Notes: generated from the letters alone by a model not told the origin. 64,000 nucleotides of DNA from Candidatus Woesearchaeota archaeon (GCA_016185615.1 JACPNE010000003.1:6265-70264), one strand, 5' to 3'. Counted from the first letter of the stretch, positions 26,527 through 35,720 are shown. Numbers and translations are program-made.

Positions 26527-27521
26527 TTTAGCTTGCTTAACAATTCATTCATTGATTCTTTTAGGTTAATCTCCTCTACAGAGTTTGTTATAAACTCTAA
26601 TCTATCAAACATATCATTCCTTACAACCTTACCATTGATTATTATCTGACTTCCCAATAATCTTTCTCTTGCATCAGAAAATTTGTTTATATCCTCTTTT
26701 AAGTTTAAAACTTCTTTATCATCCAACTTTAATATTTTAGAAACATTATCCCTAAAAGCAACTACCCTTATATTATCTGTTCCATCATCAAAGAATAAGT
26801 TTAGGATTGGATTAAAATTCTCCTTGACATTTCCATGTACATCACATTTATACTTGTCTCCATTAAGAGTAAGTTTTTTACTGCATTCTGGGCAAGCCGG
26901 ATAAAATTTAGGCTCAAATAATTGGACTATTGTTCCAACAATAGAAACATTATCTCCTAACTTAAGGTCTTTAATTTTTTTCTTCTGCAGTCTTTTTTGT
27001 AAGTTAATAAAAACATTTCCTACAAACTCATTTTCAGGATTAAGTTGAATAGAACTTGATTTGTTTAGATGTACTTCTTTAAATCCGTTATTTTCCCTTA
27101 TATATCCATTTCTTACTAATAATATATCTCCTTCATTTACTTCTTCCATTGATTTTATCTGTGATTCATCCCATATTACTATCCTTATTGCTCCGGTTTC
27201 ATCCCCAACTAATAAACTCTGCACTTTTCCTTGTCTGTCTTGTTTCTTATATTCTATAACTTCATTCTTTTGAACTATCTTAACAAGAATTTCTATATTT
27301 GAAATTCCAGTCATTAATTCATTAACTTTGTATCTTTTTTTGCTTAAATCAAATATTTTTATTCCTAGTTCATTAGCTACTATATAAGCAGCCCCATCCT
27401 TACTTATCAAATCATTAAGCTGTTTTATTTTAGAATTTACTCTTGATTCTATCTCTTCATTGCTAAGATTCTTTTCTTCTTTTATTCTCTTTACAATGTC
27501 TTCATAAGTCGCTTTGTACAT
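26523..27521 (-). CDS. replication protein A (RPA/RFA) ssDNA-binding protein with zinc finger
   Basis: 332 aa. Two OB-fold-like blocks (..VQSLLVGDETGAIRIVIWD.., ..FFDDGTDNIRVVAFRD..) flank the C4 finger CPECSKK...CDVHG. Confidence 0.8.
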   Translation of the reverse strand: MYKATYEDIVKRIKEEKNLSNEEIESRVNSKIKQLNDLISKDGAAYIVANELGIKIFDLSKKRYKVNELMTGISNIEILVKIVQKNEVIEYKKQDRQGKVQSLLVGDETGAIRIVIWDESQIKSMEEVNEGDILLVRNGYIRENNGFKEVHLNKSSSIQLNPENEFVGNVFINLQKRLQKKKIKDLKLGDNVSIVGTIVQLFEPKFYPACPECSKKLTLNGDKYKCDVHGNVKENFNPILNLFFDDGTDNIRVVAFRDNVSKILKLDDKEVLNLKEDINKFSDARERLLGSQIIINGKVVRNDMFDRLEFITNSVEEINLKESMNELLSKLK

Positions 27522-27525
27522 TTTT

Positions 27526-28467
27526 TCAAAATTGATTAAACTCTTGTTCTACTGCAACAACAGGAATTTGTTTTGTTGCTACAACAGTTTTATATGGATA
27601 AGCTAATTTTATTATTAAAGGATTTTGGAAATAATTAGTTTCTGCTGGTAAACTAACTGTTAAAGTGCAGTAAGCCTCTCTTGTTTTTATCGTATCAGTA
27701 AATTTGATTATATTTTGATTGCAATTAAAAACCCCACTCCCCTCCAGATTAATGGCTCCGGCTATATTCAAACTTCTATCCTCATTATTAATCCGTCCAT
27801 CACTTCCACCAAAATCTTGGAAAGTAATTATTAAAGTTACAAATGCTTGGTCATTAACTGCATCAGTCTGTTGTTTTATGCTAGTTATTGCAACAGGTGA
27901 ATTGCGTGCATCAGGTCCAAGATCATTAATACTAAAGGAAGTTCTCGAAGTACATTCTTGTTCCCTTACATTCGCTTCTTCCCCCTTCACACATAGCTGG
28001 GTTATAAAATCCGCTTCATAGTCATATTCTAACTCTGCTCTTATTGCCGCGTTGGTTAAACTGCTATAAGAATATGCAAAAGTATCAAAATCAATCTCTT
28101 CTTCAACAACGGTTTGTCCAAATTCAGCTTCTCTTCCTTTTATTAAAAAACTTCTTGATATTCTTCCAGGAATAGCTTCTAAATTTCCTGTAGGGGTATC
28201 AGATAAATAAACTATTCCAGAAATATCCTTTGTTCCCCAATTCTGTAATAATGCTTCAACCCTAAAAGGAATCCCAATTCTTATTCTGTCTTGTGGCGGT
28301 TTTCCTTCTACGAATTTTAATGTAACTCCCCTATTAGATAATTGCCCTGGCTGATTAGGATTAACTTCAGTTGCAACATTTCTTGGCTGGGAATTAAAAG
28401 GTAATGTTGCACATCCAGAAACAACTACAACAAGGATTAATACTAATAAAAGAACTATATGCCTCAT
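27526..28467 (-). CDS. lipobox-containing secreted protein (paralogue of 16150-17109), last gene of the pilus-like operon
   Basis: Signal peptide MRHIVLLLVLILVVVVSG-C (lipobox). Collinear similarity to the 319-aa lipoprotein at 16150-17109. Confidence 0.65.
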   Translation of the reverse strand: MRHIVLLLVLILVVVVSGCATLPFNSQPRNVATEVNPNQPGQLSNRGVTLKFVEGKPPQDRIRIGIPFRVEALLQNWGTKDISGIVYLSDTPTGNLEAIPGRISRSFLIKGREAEFGQTVVEEEIDFDTFAYSYSSLTNAAIRAELEYDYEADFITQLCVKGEEANVREQECTSRTSFSINDLGPDARNSPVAITSIKQQTDAVNDQAFVTLIITFQDFGGSDGRINNEDRSLNIAGAINLEGSGVFNCNQNIIKFTDTIKTREAYCTLTVSLPAETNYFQNPLIIKLAYPYKTVVATKQIPVVAVEQEFNQF

Positions 28468-28479
28468 CTAATTAAAAAA

Positions 28480-29994
28480 CTATGGGTTGTTTAAAAGGTT
28501 TTCTGTAAAAAATACTACAGCTCCAGATACACTATTATCTAGTTGTCCAAATAATAAATTTTCAACCTTTCTTATTTCTATAGAAGCATCTTGTGTTACT
28601 CTATAAGTATATCCAGCATCAGCTTGAATTTTATATACTTCTAATAAATCTTGTTCTTGTGGAGCACCTTGTATCATTATTCCACAGTCAAATATTAAAT
28701 TATCCCTAAAACTTGGACATAATTGTGCATCTTTATTGTCAGAGTAGCAATATAATCTTATTCTATCGTTTATATCTTTTATAATTATAGATGATAAGTC
28801 TCCATCAGTAAATGATTCACAACTATCTTGGTTAATCGAAACCCCAGGTTCATTCAATGAACTTATTCTCAAATAATTTAACTTTTCTAAATTTCCACCC
28901 CAAACAAACTTATCTGAAACTGTGTTTATTAATCCAATTTTTATTCTTTCATTTTGTATTGTAAATGGTTGTCTTCCAAATAGTTGAATAGATAAAGGAA
29001 TTGGAGTTCTAGCACCAATTTGTTGTGATCTTATTTCCCCATCCCCTTTCCATAATCCAGAGTTAACTAATCCTTGATATAAATCATTTCTTTCAAATAA
29101 AAGTCTACCTACCCCACTTCTTGCTAAACTATCTTGACTTGTGACATATAGGTCTTGTATTGTTCTAGAGATTACATCATACTTAACATTTAATGTTATT
29201 AGTTTTCCAGTTCTTACTTGATCTTTTACAATACTAAAACTATTTTTTGGAAGAACGCATCTTACTTGCACTTGTCTTGTTATTCCAGAAGCCCCACCCA
29301 TAACAATTGTTGAGACTTCATTTATTCCCTTTGTCCCTTCACCAACTAATTCTATTTGTATTGGACCATTATAATCTTTTGAACTACAAGAGATATCTAA
29401 TCTAATATCATTTTGAACATTTTTTATATTAATTAGTCCATCTAATCTTATTTCTTCATCTTCATTATAAAATCTTCTTAATGATTCAAATTGCTGAATA
29501 ATTACCCCCATCTTCTCAGTAGGTTTTTCTGAGACTACATCTGGATTTTTAAATTCGCCTATCTCTTCTGGATATTTCAAGAATTTTACAAAATTATTAA
29601 CTATTGCGTCTTTTGTAGCTTCAAAGGACCTTCCTAAACTAGCTTCAGCTTTTGAGACAAAAATGTTACATGTTCCTCCTAAATACGGAACAGATTGAAG
29701 AAAAGTTGAACATGAAAAGTAAAAGAAAATTCCGACAATTAATACAACAAAAATCGCTTTTAATAAACTCGGCTTTTTACCATTTCTAACAGTAATGGAG
29801 GTTTGTTGAGGTTGTTGATAAACTGATTGTATTGGTTGAGAAGGTTGAGATTCTCTTCTCCTAAAAGGTGATGTAATAGCATCAAGTGGTTGTTTTGCTA
29901 CTCTCCATCTCCACTGCATTTTTTCCCATCTTCGTCTCTCTAAATTTAATCTTTTTAATTCTTCATCCTCACTTTCCTTTCCCCAAAAAGCCAT
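28480..29994 (-). CDS. membrane-anchored extracellular protein (basic/Gln-rich cytoplasmic N-tail, one TM)
   Basis: The ORF track gives 28480-30024. ATG at 29994 (MAFWGKESEDE...) is preferred because GAGGT precedes it and it clears the upstream stop at 30005-30007. Single TM LLKAIFVVLIVGIFFYF, about 75-90 residues from the N-terminus depending on the start chosen. No known domain recognised. Confidence 0.65.
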   Translation of the reverse strand: MAFWGKESEDEELKRLNLERRRWEKMQWRWRVAKQPLDAITSPFRRRESQPSQPIQSVYQQPQQTSITVRNGKKPSLLKAIFVVLIVGIFFYFSCSTFLQSVPYLGGTCNIFVSKAEASLGRSFEATKDAIVNNFVKFLKYPEEIGEFKNPDVVSEKPTEKMGVIIQQFESLRRFYNEDEEIRLDGLINIKNVQNDIRLDISCSSKDYNGPIQIELVGEGTKGINEVSTIVMGGASGITRQVQVRCVLPKNSFSIVKDQVRTGKLITLNVKYDVISRTIQDLYVTSQDSLARSGVGRLLFERNDLYQGLVNSGLWKGDGEIRSQQIGARTPIPLSIQLFGRQPFTIQNERIKIGLINTVSDKFVWGGNLEKLNYLRISSLNEPGVSINQDSCESFTDGDLSSIIIKDINDRIRLYCYSDNKDAQLCPSFRDNLIFDCGIMIQGAPQEQDLLEVYKIQADAGYTYRVTQDASIEIRKVENLLFGQLDNSVSGAVVFFTENLLNNP

Positions 29995-30004
29995 ATTACC
30001 TCTT

Positions 30005-31246
30005 TTACTCCCTCTCAGGATCAAATTTAAACATTAAAATCATATTTTCTTGGATTAAATTGTTATTTTTGTTTGTTAACAATTTAAAGTTAGTTATAAT
30101 TTCGAATTTAATAAATCTATCTTCTCTATTAAGATTCCATTGAAGTCCTTTTTTATCTTCAATGCAATTGGATAAATCAAAAGTTATGTCTTTCGTTTTT
30201 AGGCATTCTTTAGATTTCATAACTTCACTATGTAACTCATCCAGAATGTTGAAATTAAAATTAATTTTTTCAATGAAAGAAGGATCTCTTTCATATGTTC
30301 CCGTAACTATTGTTTCTCTTTTTATGTCTGAAGATACAACTGATCCTGTTATTCTATTTAATTCGTTATTAACTTTTTTAACATAATTTTGAGTTTCTTT
30401 TAATTCTGGAATTTTTCCTAAACTAGCCACTCTTGATGGACCCGCATTATAAGCAGCTAGTGCTAAATCAATATTTTTGAATTTGTCTAGTTGTAATTTT
30501 AGATAAGCAGTTCCAGTTAAGATATTCAATCTAGGATTAAACTTAGCATCTTCAAAATCCCATTCAACATTAAACTTATTTTTAACATCTTTAAATGCTA
30601 TCTCTCTTATTTGCATCAAACCATATGCATCTTTATTAGAGATTGATGTTGGATTATAATTAGATTCAACATTTATTACAGCCCTTATCAAATTTTCATC
30701 AACATTAAAGGTTTGGCTAGCTTCTTTTATCCAATGATCATATCCAACATCCTTTACAGAAAAATCTATTACTTTCTTTTCTTTTAATGTTATATTATCA
30801 TTGTTTATTTCAAATAAAAGAGAATTTTTAGATTTAACAATGAGATTATTATCTTGAATTGTGTAATCAAAATCCAATTTTGGAATTTTGTTATTTAAAT
30901 TTAAATAATTCTTAAAATTGTTATCAAAGTATAATAGATAGTCTTCTTTATTTGGTTTACATTCATTATTCCAAACAAATTCATTTTCTGATTTACATCC
31001 TTCTTTTCTTAACCCACCATTTTTTCCAAACTCATTTAATGCATCATTGATAGAATTCCTTGCACTCTGTTTTATATATTGCCTAATAAACTCTCCCTTT
31101 TGATATAGTTGAATTATGTCTATTTGATTCTTTCCTGCTTCTCCGGCAATTGATGTATTTGTAGTTAAAACAGTTAATGTGGCATAAGCTAATAAGAACG
31201 CAGTTAATGCAACCAAAGTCGGCAAATAGATTCCTTTTTTGTTCAT
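30005..31246 (-). CDS. prepilin-like N-terminus fused to lytic transglycosylase (SLT, GH23-like) domain
   Basis: N-terminus MNKKG-IYLPTLVALTAFLLAYATL. SLT signatures in order: AVINVESNYNP (catalytic E-S), AYGLMQI, LAAYNAGPSRV. Confidence 0.85.
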   Translation of the reverse strand: MNKKGIYLPTLVALTAFLLAYATLTVLTTNTSIAGEAGKNQIDIIQLYQKGEFIRQYIKQSARNSINDALNEFGKNGGLRKEGCKSENEFVWNNECKPNKEDYLLYFDNNFKNYLNLNNKIPKLDFDYTIQDNNLIVKSKNSLLFEINNDNITLKEKKVIDFSVKDVGYDHWIKEASQTFNVDENLIRAVINVESNYNPTSISNKDAYGLMQIREIAFKDVKNKFNVEWDFEDAKFNPRLNILTGTAYLKLQLDKFKNIDLALAAYNAGPSRVASLGKIPELKETQNYVKKVNNELNRITGSVVSSDIKRETIVTGTYERDPSFIEKINFNFNILDELHSEVMKSKECLKTKDITFDLSNCIEDKKGLQWNLNREDRFIKFEIITNFKLLTNKNNNLIQENMILMFKFDPERE

Positions 31247-31821
31247 GATAATCCTTTAAACAATTTCAGTTTTATATTAACTAAATTCTTTTTATAATCA
31301 GGCAAAGATAATGAATATTCCAGACTATTTCTGAATTTTTTGTCGAATCCAACTAATGGAAGTATTTTTGGTTCAGTTCCAGTAGTTACTATTGCATCTG
31401 TATTAAAAGAGTGTATTATGGGATCATAACCCCCATTCAGGAAGATAGTTTTGTCAGTAAATTTAATTTCTAAATACCATAAGCAGACTTCTTGTGGGTT
31501 ATCTACTAGCATTTTGCTGTCAACTTTGCATATTTTGTTCATTGGTTCTCTTACTTTTTCTTTTATTTTGTCTTTATCGTTTTGATTTAAGATAATAAAT
31601 TCATACAGATTAACATCTTCAATCGGTGTATTCATCAGATTTTTCAATGTCAAACCACCATCATTGCTAACCTTCTTTGAGGTTATTATCTCACTTATAT
31701 TTTTCATATCAGCATATGAAATTTCATTTGCAAACAAAACAAAGAAGACAGTCAATATTATTGCAAGAGTTATTATTGAAAAGCCATCCATTAATCCCTC
31801 TCCCAAAACTCCTTTTTTCAT
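31243..31821 (-). CDS. prepilin-like protein (192 aa)
   Basis: N-terminus MKKG-VLGEGLMDGFSIITLAIILTVFFVLF. ATGA overlaps on both sides. Confidence 0.6.
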   Translation of the reverse strand: MKKGVLGEGLMDGFSIITLAIILTVFFVLFANEISYADMKNISEIITSKKVSNDGGLTLKNLMNTPIEDVNLYEFIILNQNDKDKIKEKVREPMNKICKVDSKMLVDNPQEVCLWYLEIKFTDKTIFLNGGYDPIIHSFNTDAIVTTGTEPKILPLVGFDKKFRNSLEYSLSLPDYKKNLVNIKLKLFKGLS

Positions 31822-32285
31822 TGGACTATTACCTCTGCTTTTAATATATCATAACTAACTTTACCATTATTTGAAACTAGAACATATTGCTGGCTTTTGA
31901 ATAAACATTGTTTTTGTTTATTTCCAACTTGGCAAAGATTAAAAGCATCTCTATAATTTTCTATGTTAGATATTGTTTTTTCATTATTTTCTAACTCTAA
32001 TTTTATTGGATAGTTTAATCCAATACAATTTCTCAATCTTTCTTCAGTAAATTTACTAATATCTATCTCTCCTGGCTCAATAACAACATTTTGCAATGCA
32101 AAACATTCAGAAGAGTAATACAATTTTCTTATTGTTAAGTCTGCTATTGACTCATTAATATTTATCTCTCTAGCTATAGCTGAATTTACTACAAAAAATA
32201 CTGCACCGAGAATGATGATAGTTAACAATATTCTATTTATCCATAATAATGTCTCTCCAGAGATCATATAAGCGCCCTTTTTCAT
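31818..32285 (-). CDS. prepilin-like protein (155 aa)
   Basis: N-terminus MKKG-AYMISGETLLWINRILLTIIILGAVFFVV. ATGA overlaps on both sides. Confidence 0.6.
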   Translation of the reverse strand: MKKGAYMISGETLLWINRILLTIIILGAVFFVVNSAIAREININESIADLTIRKLYYSSECFALQNVVIEPGEIDISKFTEERLRNCIGLNYPIKLELENNEKTISNIENYRDAFNLCQVGNKQKQCLFKSQQYVLVSNNGKVSYDILKAEVIVQ

Positions 32286-33118
32286 GTTATTTTATTCCTC
32301 TCTATAGAATCTTTATAGCTATAAGCATACATATTATCAAAACAATTTGAATTTGATTTGAAAGAAAGGCTATTAGGATCAAAATAATTAATCGGATCCT
32401 CTACTTTTCCATTGATAACAAGTTCAAAATGTAAATGTGGTTCATATTGTGTGTGGCTTTTTGGTCCATGTTGCCCAGATTTAGCTATTAGCTCCCCTTT
32501 TCTAACTTCACAATTTTCTACACAATTAAATCCACTTAATTTTATTTCTTTTGATAATTTATCTAGATGCAAATATCTAGTAATAACTCCATTCCTATGT
32601 TCAATAGTTAACGAATTCTCAGTTCCGGCCCCATTAACATATGTTTTTATTATTCCATCTTCTATAACAAAAACATCTTCATAATTGGCTCTCAAATCTA
32701 CTCCTTCATGATAAGAAGTTCCTTCGCTTATTTGCCTATTACCGAAGCAGGAGGTAACTATTTTTTGATTTACTGGGAAGACAAAATCAGTTGTTCTTAT
32801 GGCAAGATTCTTTTTCTGTTCTCTTATAAGCAAATTTATATTTGGAGAATAAGTTGAAAATATCTTATTTGATGAAATTTTATTTCCACTTATATCAAGA
32901 TTTCTGTCACCATATTGATAATTTAAATTTAGTTTGCCAGGAGAAAGCTGGGCAGTATTTAATAATAATGATGTATCCAAGGACACATACCTATCAGAAA
33001 ATCCAGATGCTTCAGCAGTTCTATCTATCATAAAGATAGTAGTTATAACAACAAATCCAACTAGAAGAAGATAAAAAGCCCACAAGATGGTTCTTTCTTC
33101 TTCACCCCTTTTATCCAT
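32282..33118 (-). CDS. prepilin-like/TM N-terminus fused to M23 (LytM/lysostaphin-type) metallopeptidase domain
   Basis: N-terminus MDKRG-EEERTILWAFYLLLVGFVVITTIF. M23 zinc motifs HxxxD (SYHEGVDL) and HxH (EPHLHFEL), with intervening TIEHRNGVITRYLHL. Confidence 0.85.
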   Translation of the reverse strand: MDKRGEEERTILWAFYLLLVGFVVITTIFMIDRTAEASGFSDRYVSLDTSLLLNTAQLSPGKLNLNYQYGDRNLDISGNKISSNKIFSTYSPNINLLIREQKKNLAIRTTDFVFPVNQKIVTSCFGNRQISEGTSYHEGVDLRANYEDVFVIEDGIIKTYVNGAGTENSLTIEHRNGVITRYLHLDKLSKEIKLSGFNCVENCEVRKGELIAKSGQHGPKSHTQYEPHLHFELVINGKVEDPINYFDPNSLSFKSNSNCFDNMYAYSYKDSIERNKIT

Positions 33119-33136
33119 GTATCTAAACTTATTACT

Positions 33137-33592
33137 TTATTTATTATTGTTTTGGTCTATAGAAACCCCTGAAGAGTCATATCTTATCTTTAGTACTCCT
33201 CCCCCACTTGAAATTTCTCCAGAATTTTTGAATTTTTTGTTGACTTCTTTACATTCAAATTTCTCGCATGATAAATCTAAGCACAGGCATAAACAACTTC
33301 TTAAAGTGCATACTGGAGACTGCTGTTTAATTTTATCGTTTATTGAGTCTGGATTTAAGTATTCTATTAAATATCCGTCTTTTAAGTTGTAATATGTCTC
33401 AATAAACGGATTATTTAGGCTTAATTTATCTATATCTCTGGAAATATATTCAAATGAATTGTAGCTCTGTTTGTCTATTGTGCTATACTGTGGCAATAGA
33501 CCAATAAAAGAACTTGATACATTATAAAGAACAAGAAGGACAATAACCCCAACTATTAATCCAACTACGGCCTTGCCCGTTATTAAAGTCAT
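33137..33592 (-). CDS. prepilin-like protein (151 aa, Cys-containing)
   Basis: N-terminus MTLITGKA-VVGLIVGVIVLLVLY. Distal CTLRSCLCLCLDLSCEKFEC Cys cluster. Confidence 0.55.
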   Translation of the reverse strand: MTLITGKAVVGLIVGVIVLLVLYNVSSSFIGLLPQYSTIDKQSYNSFEYISRDIDKLSLNNPFIETYYNLKDGYLIEYLNPDSINDKIKQQSPVCTLRSCLCLCLDLSCEKFECKEVNKKFKNSGEISSGGGVLKIRYDSSGVSIDQNNNK

Positions 33593-33629
33593 AAATTAAT
33601 GATTTAAAAGAAGTAATTAAATGTTTTTA

Positions 33630-34082
33630 TTAACATGTAATTTCTGGGCAACCAACGCCCAAATCTAAGATACTATTTGATCCATATCTTTCTTTTATTA
33701 AACCCTCATTAGTTCTAGCCTTATCACTACATGTATAAACAGTATCATATTTCCCGTCACTACCTATGTTTGATCTGCCATCTATCACAAAAGCAGTATT
33801 ACAATAAGCTGAATTTTTTCTTAAATTTCCTGTATCTGGTAGTAACTTAGCTTGATCACAAAATTGTTGACAGCTTTGAACAGCTAAAACCTCATCAGTC
33901 CCTGCTGTAGTCGAGTAAAATGTAGATTTTATTCTATCTGTTAGCCCTTTAAAACCACCAAAAAAGAATGTAACAACAACAACTAAAACTAGAATAGCTA
34001 ATATTGCAATTATGATTGTGTTTAGAGTTAAACTTTGACCTCTTTTGTCCATCTTTTTTTGCATAAAGATATTAGTAATCAT
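33630..34082 (-). CDS. candidate major pilin (class III signal KRG-Q, Cys-rich globular part)
   Basis: ..MQKKMDKRG-QSLTLNTIIIAILAILVLVVVVTFFFGG, with Q at +1 as in many archaeal pilins. The start is probably ATG 34064 or 34052, because TATA-like ttttatatata abuts the first ATG. An 89-bp upstream spacer is present. 7 Cys in the C-terminal part. Confidence 0.65.
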   Translation of the reverse strand: MITNIFMQKKMDKRGQSLTLNTIIIAILAILVLVVVVTFFFGGFKGLTDRIKSTFYSTTAGTDEVLAVQSCQQFCDQAKLLPDTGNLRKNSAYCNTAFVIDGRSNIGSDGKYDTVYTCSDKARTNEGLIKERYGSNSILDLGVGCPEITC

Positions 34083-34171
34083 GTATATATAAAAGTTATG
34101 GTAAATTTATTTTCTAAACTTATATGTAAATGATTATGTTTTGTAACAGATAATAAGATTAATGTTTTATA

Positions 34172-35590
34172 CTAATTCGATTTTGCTATACAAGAATCGC
34201 TTTTGATTATACATCCTGTTGCTGAAAATCCACATGGATCTTGTTCACATAAAGGTTGCCATTCATGTGTGCGTAGTCTTGTATCGTGCCCGCTTGGGTT
34301 AATTGATTTGCTACTGTATGCATCGCAACTTTTTAGAGTTATGGTTGCACAGGAGAAACAGCTACCAGTATTGCCTCCAGTCCATCCCCAAGGAGCATAA
34401 TCATTTACAGTATCCTTCCAATAACATCTAAACAACCCATTACCAAATCCTTTATTTTTTCTTTCACAAACTGAATAATCAATATTTTTTGTGTTCTCTA
34501 AACAATCATTTTTAAGACTATTTTTAAAAGTAGTTGATTTGATTCCTAAACTATTTGGAAATTCTTCCAATAGTTTAGAATAGTATAAATAATAAATAGT
34601 TTGATCTTCTGTTATACATCTATCCGCTATTTCTCTTAATGCTTCAGCAAAAATAGGTTTATTCTTATCTTCAACCCCATTATTGTTAATTAAATATAAA
34701 TTTTCATAAGATTTCCTATCAACATATTGTCTTAGTTTAATCTGGAATTCTTGACAACTAGGATTTTGTTTAGCATTTAGAAGAGCAGTTTTATAATTTA
34801 TACTATTCTTAAAAGATTTCATTACTTGTGTATCTTTACTTAATAATTCTCTAAAATTTTCATCATTAGATAAAGTTCTTAATGCTTCTAAAGTATCTGC
34901 TTTTATATAAGCGGATTTTAATTCTTCAAATTTTTTTTCATTTCCTTCAAATGATTTTTGAACTTTTTCTAGTTCTTCCAATCTTTTTTTGATAGAATCT
35001 GGAAGCCCATTAGGGAAATGCTTTAATGCTTCAGATTTAGCTAAATCAATTCTATCTTTTGTAGGATTAGAGATGGCAGCATCTATTAAACTATTTACTA
35101 TAAATAGTTTATCTTCTTGACTGGTTACTCCTGCTCCTAATGAAGCTATACCTTGTAAATTAGAGTTCATTTTATAACAGTTAATTAACTTAATTCTTAA
35201 ATCCCTAGATAACTTTTCTTTGTCAGTCACTTCATGTTTTTTAATTTCATTCAATGCATCATTATACTCTTTAGTTAATTGAACAACATTATCAGAATTA
35301 CATTCTCCACGATCTGCTAATAATGATATAACTTTGTCCCTTCTACCATCTTTGCTTAATAATCCAAAAGTATTATCAATAATTGGTTTTACACCCTCTG
35401 TTAATCCAATAGCTGTATCCCCTAGTTTACCAACCCCTTTTGATAAAGCAGGCCAATATTTAAAGATAAACATAATTATTATAATTAAAACTGCTATTGC
35501 TATTATTCCATTAATAAATTTCCACCATTCTCCTTCTCCTTTTTTGTTCAATTTATTTTTTATATTTCTCTTTTTTTTCATTTCAACCAA
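34172..35590 (-). CDS. large prepilin-like/TM-anchored extracellular protein (472 aa, helical middle, Cys-rich C-terminus)
   Basis: N-terminus ..NKLNKKG-EGEWWKFINGIIAIAVLIIIIMFIF. The C-terminal ~110 aa contain 13 Cys. Confidence 0.6.
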   Translation of the reverse strand: MVEMKKKRNIKNKLNKKGEGEWWKFINGIIAIAVLIIIIMFIFKYWPALSKGVGKLGDTAIGLTEGVKPIIDNTFGLLSKDGRRDKVISLLADRGECNSDNVVQLTKEYNDALNEIKKHEVTDKEKLSRDLRIKLINCYKMNSNLQGIASLGAGVTSQEDKLFIVNSLIDAAISNPTKDRIDLAKSEALKHFPNGLPDSIKKRLEELEKVQKSFEGNEKKFEELKSAYIKADTLEALRTLSNDENFRELLSKDTQVMKSFKNSINYKTALLNAKQNPSCQEFQIKLRQYVDRKSYENLYLINNNGVEDKNKPIFAEALREIADRCITEDQTIYYLYYSKLLEEFPNSLGIKSTTFKNSLKNDCLENTKNIDYSVCERKNKGFGNGLFRCYWKDTVNDYAPWGWTGGNTGSCFSCATITLKSCDAYSSKSINPSGHDTRLRTHEWQPLCEQDPCGFSATGCIIKSDSCIAKSN

Positions 35591-35720
35591 AACTAGTTAA
35601 CTTTAACAAAGCATCTTTTAAGTTATTTATATTTGTTAGAAAAATTATAACCAATACTAAAACTATTAACACAATTATTGCGCTTGCAATTTGCCAAAAT
35701 TCAAATCCTTTTTTATCCAT
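35583..35720 (-). CDS. 45-aa minimal prepilin-like micro-protein
   Basis: Unlisted ORF, translated manually: MDKKG-FEFWQIASAIIVLIVLVLVIIFLTNINNLKDALLKLTSFG. Its start abuts the stop of the preceding micro-ORF. Confidence 0.5.
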   Translation of the reverse strand: MDKKGFEFWQIASAIIVLIVLVLVIIFLTNINNLKDALLKLTSFG

